The notes under the pieces were generated by a model. It worked only from the letters and a program-made list of their open reading frames with translations. It was not told the DNA's origin and ran no database searches. A stretch of DNA of 64,000 bases from the NCBI GenBank assembly GCA_044226685.1, contig JBGAGP010000007.1, positions 1,351 through 65,350 on the forward strand, in the 5' to 3' direction. Made by a program: the position numbers and the translations under genes. Positions 1-10,126 of the stretch are shown piece after piece (position 1 is the stretch's first letter; each line of letters starts with the position of its first letter). Origin of the DNA: Dongiaceae bacterium. GTDB lineage: Bacteria; Pseudomonadota; Alphaproteobacteria; Dongiales; Dongiaceae.

Positions 1-429
1 ACAGACGGCGCCTGCAGCGGCAATCCGGGGCCGGGCGGCTGGGGCGCCATCCTGCGCTTCGGCGCGGTGGAGAAGGAGCTGAACGGCTCCGAGGAGCACA
101 CCACCAACAACCGCATGGAGCTGATGGCGGCGATCCGCGGCATCGAGGCGGTGAAGCGGCCCTGCGAGATCCACCTGCACACCGACAGCGAGTACCTGCG
201 CCAGGGCATCACCACCTGGATCCACAGCTGGAAGAAGCGCGGCTGGAAGACCGCCGACAAGAAGCCGGTGAAGAACCAGGACCTGTGGGAGCGGCTCGAC
301 GAAGCCATCGTCACGCATCAGGTGAAGTGGCACTGGGTGAAGGGCCATTCCGGCCATGCCGAGAACGAACGCGCCGACGAACTGGCGCGGCTGGCGATCC
401 GGCAGCTGAAGGACGCGAGCATTCTGTGA
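1..429 (+). CDS. rnhA: Ribonuclease HI (5' end outside window)
   Basis: Frame open from base 1: [15 protein letters not shown], then [21 protein letters not shown] and NERADELA, the RNase HI motifs. Confidence 0.97.
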   Translation, partial: TDGACSGNPGPGGWGAILRFGAVEKELNGSEEHTTNNRMELMAAIRGIEAVKRPCEIHLHTDSEYLRQGITTWIHSWKKRGWKTADKKPVKNQDLWERLDEAIVTHQVKWHWVKGHSGHAENERADELARLAIRQLKDASIL

Positions 430-437
430 GCCAATCC

Positions 438-458
438 CCTCCCCCGTTCCGGGGGAGG
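438..458. repeat. Single family A REP-like palindrome
   Basis: CCTCCCCC-GTTCC-GGGGGAGG immediately after the rnhA stop. Confidence 0.75.
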
Positions 459-474
459 ATGATCGCAAAACAAA

Positions 475-498
475 ATCGGCGGCCCTTCGGCCGCCGAT
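475..498. terminator. Hairpin between convergent rnhA and peroxiredoxin genes, probable terminator
   Basis: Perfect 10-bp stem ATCGGCGGCC-CTTC-GGCCGCCGAT, A-tract on left, short T-run on right. Confidence 0.7.
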
Positions 499-523
499 CT
501 TCGCGCAACTGGAATGGAGAGGC

Positions 524-1006
524 TTACAGCGCCTTCATGATCGATTCCGCGCTCGACACCTCGAAGGCGCCCGGTGCCTCGACGTTCAGCGCCTTGACCA
601 CGCCGTTGTCGACCACCATCGCGTAGCGGCTGGCGCGCAGGCCCATGCCGTAGCCGGTGCCGTCCATGGTGAGGCCGACCGCCTTGGAGAAATCGGCGTT
701 GCCGTCGGCGAGCATCAGCACCTTGTCGCCGGCATTCTGCGCCTTGCCCCAGGCGTCCATGACGAAGGCGTCGTTGACCGACAGGCAGGCGATCTGGTCG
801 ACGCCCTTGCCCTTGATGGCATCGGCGTTCTGCACGAAGCCGGGCAGGTGCTTGGCCGAGCAGGTCGGCGTGAAGGCGCCGGGCAGCGCGAACAGCACCA
901 CCTTCTTGCCCTTGAACAGCTCGTCGGTGTCGACGGTCTGCATGCCGTCCTTGTCCATGTATTTGAGCTTAACCGAGGGGATCTTGTCGCCCACTTTGAT
1001 GCTCAT
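524..1006 (-). CDS. Peroxiredoxin, Prx5 type
   Basis: PGAFTPTCSAKHLPGF and CLSVNDAFVMDAWG motifs; 160 aa. Confidence 0.95.
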   Translation of the reverse strand: MSIKVGDKIPSVKLKYMDKDGMQTVDTDELFKGKKVVLFALPGAFTPTCSAKHLPGFVQNADAIKGKGVDQIACLSVNDAFVMDAWGKAQNAGDKVLMLADGNADFSKAVGLTMDGTGYGMGLRASRYAMVVDNGVVKALNVEAPGAFEVSSAESIMKAL

Positions 1007-1104
1007 CTGTGGTCCTTTCTGCTTCTCCCGTTGATCGGATGCGGCGCAGAATAGGCCCCGCGCCCAGCCCTCTCAAGGGCCATTTGCCGCCACGAATTGT
1101 GCGG

Positions 1105-3153
1105 TCATTGCGCCGCTTGCGGCGGCGCGCCGGCGCGGTCCAGCGCCGTCAGGACGTCGGCATCGGTCAGCAGCTCGGGCAGCGGAATTCCCTGCGTCGC
1201 CGCCGGGCCATAGACGATGTTGAAGGGAATGCCGTAGCGGCCGTGCCGTTCCAGGAAGGCCGCGATCACCGGGTCGGGATTGGTCCAGTCCGCCTTCATC
1301 GCGACGACGCCGCCGGCCGCGAGCCGTGCCGCGACCGGGTCCTGGTCCAGCACCAGCTTCTTGTTGGCTTGGCAGGTCAGGCACCAATCGGCGGTCACGT
1401 CGACGAAGACGGTCCGGCCGGCAGCCACCTCCGCGGCGATGGCGGATTCGTCGAAGGCCCGCCACGTCAGGCGCTCCGCCCCGCCGCCGGCCGCCACCAG
1501 GCCCATCTGTACGCCGATGATGGAGATGAGCCAGATCGCCGTGCCCAGCAGCGTGACGCCGAGCAGCGCCTTCAGCCAGCGCATCCAGCGCCCCGGGCGC
1601 GGCAGGAACCGCACCAGGCCGGGCGCCGCGGCGATGGCGAGATAGGGCATCGCCAGGCCGAGCGACAGCGCCAGGAAGATAGCGAGGATCTCGGCCGGCC
1701 CGCGCGCCAGCGCGAAGCCGATGGCGGTACCCACAAAAGGCGCCGAGCAAGGCGTGGCCAGCGCCGTCGCCAGCACCCCGGTGAAGAACGACTTGGCATA
1801 GCCGGACGAGACCCGCGCGTCGCCGGCCAGGGCGATGTTGCCGACGAAGGCCGGCAGCGGGATCTCGAACAGGCCCCAGATATTGGCGGCGAACAGGATG
1901 CAGATAAGCGCCATCGCGGCGAGGAACACCGGCTGCTGGAACTGGATGCCCCAGCCGATGGTCGCCCCCGCCGCCTTCACTGAAATCAGCCCCAGCGCCA
2001 GGACCAGGAACGAAACCACGATGCCGGAGGCGGTCGCCAAGAACGCGCCGCGCAGATGCGCGCGCTCCCGCCCGGCGGCATCGAGCACGCCGGTCAGTTT
2101 CAACACCAGTACCGGCAGCACGCAGGGCATGACGTTGAGGATGAGCCCGCCGATCAGCGCGATGAACAGGACGGGCAGGATCTCCGCGATGATGCTGCCC
2201 GCGAGGCCACCGGCCGCGCTACCCGACTCTCCCACCGCCAGCGGCACGGCGCGGCCGCTCACTTCCATGCCGCGTAGGCCATCATAGAGCGTGAGGGAGA
2301 GATCGCTTTCCGCCAGGTCCGGACCCGAACCCAGCCGCTCGACCGGCAGCGTCAGGCGCGCCTGCCTGCCGCCCTGCGACAATGCGACCGCCGGCTTGCC
2401 GAAATAGAAGTTCCGCGCACCCTCGACGATGGCATCGGGCGCCACGAAGGCTTCGCCGGAACTGGCGAGATCGATGACGAGTTGGCCGGCAGCCTGCTGC
2501 CCGGCAGCCTTCGCCACGGCCGGATCGAAGCCGATGCGCGCGACCTGCCAGCCGAGGCGTTCGGCCCCCTGCGGCACCAACGAGGCGAAGCGATTTACCA
2601 GCGGCGCGAAACGGCTCGGCATCGCCGGGCCCGCCGGCAGGTCAAGCGCCAGCGTCGCGTCCTGCGGCACGCAGATCGTCTCGCACACGAGATAGCGGAC
2701 CTTTGCTTTCAGCGTGATCGGCTCACCGGGATGCTCCGGTGTCACGGCGACGGGGAAGGCCACCTCGTCGCCATAGCCGAAGGTCTGCAGGCCGAACAGC
2801 TCGAAGCGATGCGGCACCGGCCAGGCGAGCGCCGCCTGCGCCACGTTGGTCGAGCCGGTGACGTCGAGTTGCAGCGGATAGCCGGCATCGCCCGGCGAGC
2901 GCCAGTAGGTTTTCCATCCCGGTTGCAGGACGATGTGGATCGCGGTGGGAATTGTGGCAAGACCGCCCGTCCCATCGACGGCGGAAACCAGCTCGGCAGT
3001 TGATTGTGGCGACTCGAAGCGCTCGCTCGCCGGCGCAGTCTCGGCGCGGGCCGCCGGCGCCACGCACGCAAGCAAAGTCACGCCGACGGCTGCGATTCCG
3101 CACAAAACCGCCAACCGGACCGCGCAGCCTAGGGGTTTCCGGCGATTCATCAT
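1105..3153 (-). CDS. dsbD: Protein-disulfide reductase, DsbD/ScsB class
   Basis: GWKTYWRSPGDAG and CETIC in the N-domain; membrane NVMPCVLP and ATPCSAP; C-terminal thioredoxin TADWCLTC; start uncertain. Confidence 0.9.
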   Translation of the reverse strand: MMNRRKPLGCAVRLAVLCGIAAVGVTLLACVAPAARAETAPASERFESPQSTAELVSAVDGTGGLATIPTAIHIVLQPGWKTYWRSPGDAGYPLQLDVTGSTNVAQAALAWPVPHRFELFGLQTFGYGDEVAFPVAVTPEHPGEPITLKAKVRYLVCETICVPQDATLALDLPAGPAMPSRFAPLVNRFASLVPQGAERLGWQVARIGFDPAVAKAAGQQAAGQLVIDLASSGEAFVAPDAIVEGARNFYFGKPAVALSQGGRQARLTLPVERLGSGPDLAESDLSLTLYDGLRGMEVSGRAVPLAVGESGSAAGGLAGSIIAEILPVLFIALIGGLILNVMPCVLPVLVLKLTGVLDAAGRERAHLRGAFLATASGIVVSFLVLALGLISVKAAGATIGWGIQFQQPVFLAAMALICILFAANIWGLFEIPLPAFVGNIALAGDARVSSGYAKSFFTGVLATALATPCSAPFVGTAIGFALARGPAEILAIFLALSLGLAMPYLAIAAAPGLVRFLPRPGRWMRWLKALLGVTLLGTAIWLISIIGVQMGLVAAGGGAERLTWRAFDESAIAAEVAAGRTVFVDVTADWCLTCQANKKLVLDQDPVAARLAAGGVVAMKADWTNPDPVIAAFLERHGRYGIPFNIVYGPAATQGIPLPELLTDADVLTALDRAGAPPQAAQ

Positions 3154-3262
3154 TTGCCAACCAATCCTTGGAATAATACGTTACATGCGTGCCTGACGCA
3201 GTCACAAAATCGTGGTTTTCAGGCATCTTGCTGGCGGATCAAACGGACCTTACGTGAGAGCC

Positions 3263-3838
3263 ATGGGCAAGAGCATCGTCCACCAGGGTTTCATCACCGG
3301 CCAGTTGCTGGTCGCGATGCCCAGCATGCGCGACCCGCGCTTCACCCGCACCGTCATCTATATCTGCGCCCACACCTCCGACGGTGCGATGGGCCTGGTC
3401 ATCAACCGCCTCGTGGGGTCGCTCAGCTTCCCCGATCTGCTGGAGCAACTCGGCATCCCGACCAGCCCGGCCAGCCAGCACATCCGCATCCGCAATGGCG
3501 GCCCGGTCGAGACCGGGCGCGGCTTCGTGCTGCACTCGTCCGACTACCTCGAAGATGCGACACTGCGGGTCGGCGAGCAGGTCGGCCTGACCGCGACGCT
3601 CGACATCCTGCGCGACATCGCCTCCGGCCAGGGGCCGAAGCGCAGCCTGCTGGCGCTGGGCTATGCCGGCTGGGGTCCGGGCCAGCTCGATTCCGAGATC
3701 CAGAGCAATGCCTGGCTCTGCGTCCCGGCGGACGAGGAGCTGATCTTCGACGACCAGCTCACCGACAAGTGGGAGCGCAGCATCGAGAAGATCGGAATCG
3801 ACTTCCGCCTGCTCTCCGGCCAGCACGGCAACGCCTAG
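3263..3838 (+). CDS. yqgE: YqgE/AlgH family protein
   Basis: LLVAMPSMRDPRF, GGPVETGRGFVLH, LGYAGWGPGQL motifs. Confidence 0.93.
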   Translation: MGKSIVHQGFITGQLLVAMPSMRDPRFTRTVIYICAHTSDGAMGLVINRLVGSLSFPDLLEQLGIPTSPASQHIRIRNGGPVETGRGFVLHSSDYLEDATLRVGEQVGLTATLDILRDIASGQGPKRSLLALGYAGWGPGQLDSEIQSNAWLCVPADEELIFDDQLTDKWERSIEKIGIDFRLLSGQHGNA

Positions 3839-3862
3839 CCACTGCAGGACGCCCGCTTCCCG

Positions 3863-4555
3863 TTACACTTGGCGATCGACGATGGCGCCTTGCTCGGCCG
3901 CGATCGGCGGCGCGTCTTCGCGGACCGCCGCGCCGGCACGCTTCTCCGCCGCAACGCCCGCCATGCCGCGCGAAGCCATCAGATCGTCAGCCTGCAATTC
4001 GTGCAGGATGTGATCGCGCCAGGCGCCGTCGATGCGCAGGTAGGCGCGCGCCACGCCGATGGTGCGGAAGCCGAACTTGGCCAGCAACGCGCGGCTCGGC
4101 GCATTTTCCGGGATGCAGGCGGCCTCGACCCGGTGCAGGCCGAAGGTCTGGAACGCCGCCGGCAGCAGCACCCGCAAGGCCGCCGACATCAGGCCGCGCC
4201 CCGCCTGGTCGACGCCCATCCAGTAGCCGAGGCTGGCATATTGCGCGGCGCGCCGGCGCACCCCGGTCAGGTTGATGCCGCCCACCAGGCTCTGGTCCGC
4301 GCGGTCGAAGACGTGGAAGGCGTAGCCGCGATCGTCGCGCCAATCCCCCACCATCAGACGCACCCGCTTGCGATAGCCGGCGCGGGTCAGCATGTCCGAT
4401 TCCCAGGTCGGCTCCCAGGGTTCCAGGAAGGCGCGGCTCTTCTCGCGGACGGCCAGCCAGGCGCGGAAATCGGCAAAGCGCGGTGGCCGCAGCCGGACCC
4501 GCGCATCCGCCAGCTCCGGCGGCAGCGGGACATAGCTGGGGCCGAGGTCGAACAT
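3863..4555 (-). CDS. rimJ: RimJ-like GNAT N-acetyltransferase
   Basis: FLEPWEP, LGYWMG, LHRVEAACIPENAPSRALL, WRDH; usual position after the M16 peptidase. Confidence 0.88.
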   Translation of the reverse strand: MFDLGPSYVPLPPELADARVRLRPPRFADFRAWLAVREKSRAFLEPWEPTWESDMLTRAGYRKRVRLMVGDWRDDRGYAFHVFDRADQSLVGGINLTGVRRRAAQYASLGYWMGVDQAGRGLMSAALRVLLPAAFQTFGLHRVEAACIPENAPSRALLAKFGFRTIGVARAYLRIDGAWRDHILHELQADDLMASRGMAGVAAEKRAGAAVREDAPPIAAEQGAIVDRQV

Positions 4556-4563
4556 CGCCCAGC

Positions 4564-5838
4564 TCAGCCTAGACGCCGGACCAGCGCGTCGTAGTCCATG
4601 ACGCGCTCGACCGGGCCAAGGGCGGTCAGGCAGGGCTTGGTGGCAAAGAGACGCCGCGCCAGCCGGACCAGATCATCCACGGTCACGGCATCGATGCGCG
4701 CCACCACTTCCGCCGGCGGAATCGCCCGGCCATAGATCAGCAGCTGGCTCGCCAGCTGCTCGCAGCGCGAACTGGGCTTCTCGCGCGACATCAGGGTCGC
4801 GGCCTTGAGCTGCGCCGCCGCGCGCGCCACTTCGGCAGCGCTCATATCCGTGGTCACCTTGCCCAGCTCGTCGCAGACGACGGGCAGCAACTCCGTCACC
4901 TCGTCCTCGCCGGTGCCGGCATAGATGCCGAAGATGCCGCCATCCTGGTAGGTGCCGGTGAAGCTGTGGATCGAATAGACCAGGCCGCGCTTCTCGCGGA
5001 TCTCCTGGAACAGGCGCGAGGACATGCTACCGCCCAGCAGCTGCGACAGCACCGCGGCAACGTAGTAGTCGGGATGGTCATAGCCGACGCCGTCGAAGCC
5101 GAGCACCAGATGCACCTGCTCCAGATCGCGCTGGGTACGATGGTCGCCGCCGCCGTAGCGCGCCGGCTCCGGCACGAATCTGGGGCCGGCGGGCAGCTTG
5201 TCGAACAGCTTCTGCGCCAGTTCCACCAGATGGTCGTGGTCGAGCCGGCCCGACGCGGCCAGCACCATCTGGTCGGCACGGTAGCGGCTGGCCATGTAGC
5301 CGGCGACCACGTCGCGCGGCAGGTCGCGCACGATCTCCGCCTTGCCCAGGACCGGCCGCCCCATCGCCTGGTCAGGGAAGGCAACCTCCTGGAAATAGTC
5401 GAAGATGATGTCGTCGGGCGCGTCCTCGGACTGGCCGATCTCCTGCAGCACCACGGCGCGCTCGCGCACCAGCTCATCGGCGTCGAACACCGAGTTCTGC
5501 AGGATGTCGGATAGGATATCGACGGCGAGGCCGGTGTCCTCGGCCAGGACCTTGGCGTAGAAGGCCGTCTGCTCGCGCCCGGTGTAAGCGTTCAGGAAAC
5601 CGCCGACATCCTCGATCTCGACCACGATGTCGCGGGCGCTGCGGCGCCTGGTGCCCTTGAAGGCCATGTGCTCGAGCAGATGGGCGACGCCGTTGTGCTC
5701 GGCCGGCTCGTGCCGCGTGCCGATTCCGGACCACACGCCGAGCGACGTCGTCTCGACCGAATCCATGCGGTCGGTGGCGACGCGGAACCCGTTGGCGAGG
5801 GTGGTGATGCGGACGCTGTCGGGAATCGAGACGGCCAT
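4564..5838 (-). CDS. M16B zinc peptidase (MPP-like)
   Basis: HLLEHMAFKG (HxxEH), LNAYTGRE, GGSMSSRLFQEIREKRGL; ATG overlaps thrC stop (TGATG). Confidence 0.95.
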   Translation of the reverse strand: MAVSIPDSVRITTLANGFRVATDRMDSVETTSLGVWSGIGTRHEPAEHNGVAHLLEHMAFKGTRRRSARDIVVEIEDVGGFLNAYTGREQTAFYAKVLAEDTGLAVDILSDILQNSVFDADELVRERAVVLQEIGQSEDAPDDIIFDYFQEVAFPDQAMGRPVLGKAEIVRDLPRDVVAGYMASRYRADQMVLAASGRLDHDHLVELAQKLFDKLPAGPRFVPEPARYGGGDHRTQRDLEQVHLVLGFDGVGYDHPDYYVAAVLSQLLGGSMSSRLFQEIREKRGLVYSIHSFTGTYQDGGIFGIYAGTGEDEVTELLPVVCDELGKVTTDMSAAEVARAAAQLKAATLMSREKPSSRCEQLASQLLIYGRAIPPAEVVARIDAVTVDDLVRLARRLFATKPCLTALGPVERVMDYDALVRRLG

Positions 5839-7244
5839 CAAGGGTTCCGATCGTTGCGCCGGTGCGACAGGACATAATCCTGCACCGCGCGGAGATTGTT
5901 GGGCAAGCCCGAGATCCGCTCCGGCCGATCGTGCAGGTCGGCGAGGAAGGCCGGCAGGGCGGGCCTGATGCCGGTGGCGCGCTCCACCGCATCGGGGAAC
6001 TTGGCCGGATGCGCGGTCGCCAGCGCCACGATGGGCGTCTCGGCATCGCTGCGGCAGGCCATCGCCGCATGGAGGCCGATGGCGCTGTGCGGATCGATCA
6101 GCTCGCCGGTGGCGTGATAGAGCGCACGCATCTTCGCCAGAGTGCCTTCGTCGTCGAGCGCGGCGGCGCGGAACAGTCCCTTCACGCGGCTCCAGCCTGG
6201 CTCGGGCGCGACGAATTTCCCGGTCTTGCGGAACTCGGTCATCGCCGCCGCCAGGCGCGCGCCGTCGCGGTCGAACAGGTCGAACAGCAGCCGCTCCAGG
6301 TTGGACGAGACCTGGATGTCCATGCTGGGTGACAGGCTCGGCACCACCTCGGCAATCTCCATGCGCCCGGTGGTGAAGAAGCGCGCCAGGATATCGTTGC
6401 GATTGGCGCCGACGATGAGCGGCGCCAGGTCCAGGCCCATCTGCCGCGCCACATAGCCGGCGAAGATGTTGCCGAAGTTCCCCGACGGCACGGCAAAGCC
6501 GACGCGCCGGTCGGGCGCGCCGAGCGCCACGGCGGCGACCACGTAATAGACGACCTGGGCCATCACGCGGGCCCAGTTGATCGAGTTCACCGCCGACATG
6601 TTGATGCTGTCGCGGAAGGCGTGATCGTTGAACATCGCCTTCACCATGTCCTGGCAATCGTCGAACGACCCGTCGATGGCGATGTTGAAGACATTGGCCG
6701 AAGAGATCGTCGTCATCTGCCGGCGCTGCACTTCGGAGACGCGGCCCTTCGGGTGCAGGATGAAGATGTCGATGGCGCCGCGGTCGCGACAGGCTTCCAG
6801 CGCCGCCGAGCCGGTGTCGCCCGAGGTGGCGCCGATGATGGTGACGCGCTTGCCCTGCTTGCCCAGCACATGGTCGTAGAGCCGGCCCACCAGCTGCAGC
6901 GCCAAGTCCTTGAAGGCCAGGGTCGGCCCGTGGAACTGCTCCATCAGCCACAGATTGTCGTCGACCTGCTTCAGCGGCGCCACCGCCTGGTGGCGGAAGG
7001 CGCCGTAGGCGGCGGAGATCATCGCCTTCAGATCCGCCTCGGCGATCTCGCCCCCGACGAAGGGCTGCATCACGCAATAGGCGATCTCTTCGTAGCTCAG
7101 CCCGCGCAGGGCGCGGATCTCGGCAGGCTCCAACCGCGGCCAGGTTTCCGGCACGTAGAGGCCGCCATCGCGGGCCAGGCCGGCCAGCAGGACCTCGGTG
7201 AAGCTCAGCGCCGGAGCGGCGCCGCGGGTCGAGATGTAACGCAA
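5838..7244 (-). CDS. thrC: Threonine synthase
   Basis: TTG start giving (M)RYISTRG; FHGPTLAFKD (PLP lysine), ATSGDTG, NSINWAR, VPSGNFG, ATAHPAKF. Confidence 0.96.
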   Translation of the reverse strand: MRYISTRGAAPALSFTEVLLAGLARDGGLYVPETWPRLEPAEIRALRGLSYEEIAYCVMQPFVGGEIAEADLKAMISAAYGAFRHQAVAPLKQVDDNLWLMEQFHGPTLAFKDLALQLVGRLYDHVLGKQGKRVTIIGATSGDTGSAALEACRDRGAIDIFILHPKGRVSEVQRRQMTTISSANVFNIAIDGSFDDCQDMVKAMFNDHAFRDSINMSAVNSINWARVMAQVVYYVVAAVALGAPDRRVGFAVPSGNFGNIFAGYVARQMGLDLAPLIVGANRNDILARFFTTGRMEIAEVVPSLSPSMDIQVSSNLERLLFDLFDRDGARLAAAMTEFRKTGKFVAPEPGWSRVKGLFRAAALDDEGTLAKMRALYHATGELIDPHSAIGLHAAMACRSDAETPIVALATAHPAKFPDAVERATGIRPALPAFLADLHDRPERISGLPNNLRAVQDYVLSHRRNDRNP

Positions 7245-7366
7245 GGGGATCCTCGAATTCGTTTGCGGCCAGACCTTAAAGAGCGCCCAGCTTTGCCGCA
7301 AGAAGGGCCGAAAACCAGTGAGTTTTCGGGGTATTCGGGTTGCCCCGGGGGCATGAACGAGGAGCA

Positions 7367-7475
7367 CTCCCTCCCCCGGAACGGGGGAGGGTTGGGGTGG
7401 GGGCAGCCCCAGTCCTGGCGGCCGACAAACTTCGCACGCTGCCCCCTCCCTGCCCTCCCCCGTTCCGGGGGAGGG
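7367..7475. repeat. REP-like inverted doublet, family A (CCCTCCCCC-GTTCC-GGGGGAGGG)
   Basis: Palindromes at 7369-7391 and 7453-7475 in opposite orientation; same core at 438-458 and 39411-39433. Confidence 0.85.
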
Positions 7476-7481
7476 AAACCT

Positions 7482-8984
7482 CTAATTCAAATAGCGCTGC
7501 TCCAGGTGCCGCTTGAACACCGAGATGTCCAGCGGCCGCCCGGTGGCCTGGGCGACGATGTCGCGAGTGGAGAGGCTGGAGCCCAGTTCGTGCACGTTGG
7601 CATGGAGCCAGCCTTGCAGGGTGGCGAAGCGTCCCTGCTCGATCTCGGCCGGAATCCCGGGCTTGGCCCGGCAGGCAGCCTCGAAGAACTGCGCCGCGGT
7701 CATGGCGCCCAGGCTGTAGCAGGGGAAATAGCCGAAGGCGCCATCGAACCAATGGATGTCCTGCAGGCAGCCTTCTCGGTCGCCGGGTACATCTAGGCCG
7801 AGCAGCTTCTTGAAGCCCTCTTTCCACGCCGCCGGCACGTCGGCCAGCAGCAGGTCGCCGCGGATCAGCGCCTGCTCGATGCGGTAGCGCAGGATGACAT
7901 GGGCCGGATAGGTGACTTCGTCCGCTTCGACGCGGATGAAGCCCGGCTGCACCCGGCTGTAGATGCGGCGCAGGTTGTCGGGCGTGAAGGCGGCATCGTT
8001 GCCGGGGAAAGTCTGGCGCAGCTGGCCGGAGAGGTATTTGCAGAAGGCGGCGCTGCGGCAGGCCTGCATTTCCATCAGCAGCGACTGGCTCTCGTGGATC
8101 ACCATGCCGCGCGCCTGGCCGACCGGCTGCAGGCGCCAGTCCCGCGGCAGGTGGCGTTCATAGAGCGCATGGCCGGTCTCATGGATCACGCCCATCAGCG
8201 ACTGGACGAACTCGTCCTCGTTGTAGCGCGTGGTGATGCGGACATCCTCCGGCACGCCGCCGCAGAACGGATGCAGGCTCTCATCCAGCCGGCCATGCTC
8301 GAAGTCGAAGCCGAGCTGGGCCATGATGCGCTTGGCGAGGTCCTTCTGCACCGCCTGGGGGAACGGTCCCTTCGGCTCCACCAGCTTCGGCTGGCGCGCC
8401 TGATGGTCGAGGACCCGGCCGAGGAAGTCCGGCAGGAAGGCACCATAATCGGCGAACACCGCGTCGATCTCGGCCTCGCGTGCGCCGGGCTCGAAACGGT
8501 CCATCAGCGCCTCATAGGGCGTGCAGCCGAGCTTTTCCGCCCGCGCGACGGCCGATTGACGAGTCAGGTTCAGCACCTCGGAGAGCAGCGGGTAGATTCC
8601 GGCGAAATCGCCCTTGGGCCGGGCCACGCGCCAGGCCGCTTCGCAGGCGGTGACGGCGCGGCTCATCGCCTCGACCATCTGCGCGTCCAGCGCGGTGGCG
8701 TGGGTGTGGGTGCGGCGCATCTCGACCAGATTGGCGCGCTGCCAGGCGTTCAGCGCCGGCTTGCCCATCTCCGCGCTGTCGAGCAGGTGGGCGGTCTCGG
8801 GCGCGGTCAGCACCTCGTGGCAGATGACCTCGATCGTCGCCAGCTGCTCGGCGCGGGCAGAGCGGCCGCCGTCCGGCATCACCGTCGCCATGTCCCAGTG
8901 CAGCATGCCGGCGGCCTCCTGCAGGGCGGAGAGGCGGCGGAAGCGGGTTTCGAGCAGACCGTAGGAATTGACCGGAGCCGTCAT
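7482..8984 (-). CDS. Carboxypeptidase, family M32
   Basis: HPFCGG, VRITTRY, HETGH (HExxH), HESQS, IRVEADE, GCLQDIHW. Confidence 0.96.
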   Translation of the reverse strand: MTAPVNSYGLLETRFRRLSALQEAAGMLHWDMATVMPDGGRSARAEQLATIEVICHEVLTAPETAHLLDSAEMGKPALNAWQRANLVEMRRTHTHATALDAQMVEAMSRAVTACEAAWRVARPKGDFAGIYPLLSEVLNLTRQSAVARAEKLGCTPYEALMDRFEPGAREAEIDAVFADYGAFLPDFLGRVLDHQARQPKLVEPKGPFPQAVQKDLAKRIMAQLGFDFEHGRLDESLHPFCGGVPEDVRITTRYNEDEFVQSLMGVIHETGHALYERHLPRDWRLQPVGQARGMVIHESQSLLMEMQACRSAAFCKYLSGQLRQTFPGNDAAFTPDNLRRIYSRVQPGFIRVEADEVTYPAHVILRYRIEQALIRGDLLLADVPAAWKEGFKKLLGLDVPGDREGCLQDIHWFDGAFGYFPCYSLGAMTAAQFFEAACRAKPGIPAEIEQGRFATLQGWLHANVHELGSSLSTRDIVAQATGRPLDISVFKRHLEQRYLN

Positions 8985-9700
8985 GGCTGGCGCTCGCGCT
9001 GCAGTTTCAGGTGATAGAGCACATAGATGACCACCAGGGCGATGGCCAGCAAGCCCCAGGTGATGGCGTATTGCAGATGGTCGTTCGGCATTTCGATATG
9101 GGTCTGGCCGCCGATCGGGAAGCCGCCGGGATTCTCTCCCGGCCCGGCATCGACATAGAGGTCGGTGCGGATCGCCGCGCCCGACGTCGCGGCCATCGCC
9201 GGCAGATCGACATAGAACCACATGTTGTGCTGGGGCTCGTTGTCCGGCTGCATGAAGGCGCGCTCATGCGGCAGGCGCAGCACGCCCTCGACCGTCGTGG
9301 CGCCCGTCACCTGGCCCGCGGCGCGCTTCGGCGGCAGCTTGCGCTCCACCGGGACCCAGCCGCGGTTGACCAGCACCGACTGGCCATCCGCAAGAGTGAA
9401 GGGCGTCAGGATCTGATAGCCGGGATTGCCGTTGCGCGAGCGGGCGCCGAGGAACAGCTCCTTGTCGTGCTGGAAGCTGCCCTCCAGGCGCACGCGGTGG
9501 AATTCCGCCTGGCTCAGATCGGCACCCGCCGTGGGCAGGGCGATCTCGGCGGCGACCCGCGCCTCGCGCTCGGCGATCAGGGCTTCCTTCCAGTAGAGGC
9601 GCTGCACCTGCCAGACACACAGGCCGATCATCACCAGCACCGCCGGGACGGTGAACAGGGTCGGCCACAGAGTCGGTCGGAAGCGCAGGGACGAGAGCAT
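8981..9700 (-). CDS. surf1: SURF1/Shy1 cytochrome c oxidase assembly protein
   Basis: WQVQRLYWKE, VLVNRGWVP, NDHLQYAITW; two TM anchors. Confidence 0.95.
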   Translation of the reverse strand: MLSSLRFRPTLWPTLFTVPAVLVMIGLCVWQVQRLYWKEALIAEREARVAAEIALPTAGADLSQAEFHRVRLEGSFQHDKELFLGARSRNGNPGYQILTPFTLADGQSVLVNRGWVPVERKLPPKRAAGQVTGATTVEGVLRLPHERAFMQPDNEPQHNMWFYVDLPAMAATSGAAIRTDLYVDAGPGENPGGFPIGGQTHIEMPNDHLQYAITWGLLAIALVVIYVLYHLKLQRERQP

Positions 9701-9735
9701 GGGTCAGCCGTCGCGGATGAAATGGATGCCGGAAA

Positions 9736-10080
9736 TCAGTGCAGTCCGGCGCGATGCTTGAATTGCAACGCCACCATGATCGCCTTGGCCGGGCGCAGCA
9801 ACCACAACGACAATCCAAGAATGACGATCGGCCACAGCACCAGGTGAACCCAGATTGGCGGCTCGAATACCGCATAGACCAGGAACACCAGGGGCACGGT
9901 GACAATCAGCACGATGAACATGACGAAAAAGGCCGGGCCGTCGCCGCTGTCCATCGCACGCAACTCGAGGCCGCAGGACTCGCATTTCTCGACCAGGGTC
10001 AGGTAGCCGGCATAGAGCTTGCCGCGCCCACAGCGGGGACACCGGCATTGCAGCCCGGTGGTCATCGGCGAGGCCATCAA
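9736..10080 (-). CDS. DUF983 family membrane protein
   Basis: CRCPRCGRGKLY, CESCG, DSGDGPAFF, two TMs; typical position in the cox operon. Confidence 0.88.
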   Translation of the reverse strand: MMASPMTTGLQCRCPRCGRGKLYAGYLTLVEKCESCGLELRAMDSGDGPAFFVMFIVLIVTVPLVFLVYAVFEPPIWVHLVLWPIVILGLSLWLLRPAKAIMVALQFKHRAGLH

Positions 10081-10126
10081 GGCCTCGCCGTGCCGGATGT
10101 GACGCAGTTCGTCGCGCTTCGTCCGC

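Noticed and set aside
5839-7077. 837-aa ORF suggesting an N-terminally extended M16 peptidase
   Set aside because: The upstream part is an alternative frame of thrC; the peptidase starts at the TGATG overlap at 5838.
7245-7367. N-terminal extension of ThrC
   Set aside because: Homology begins at the TTG-encoded (M)RYISTRG; the extension is intergenic sequence next to a REP.
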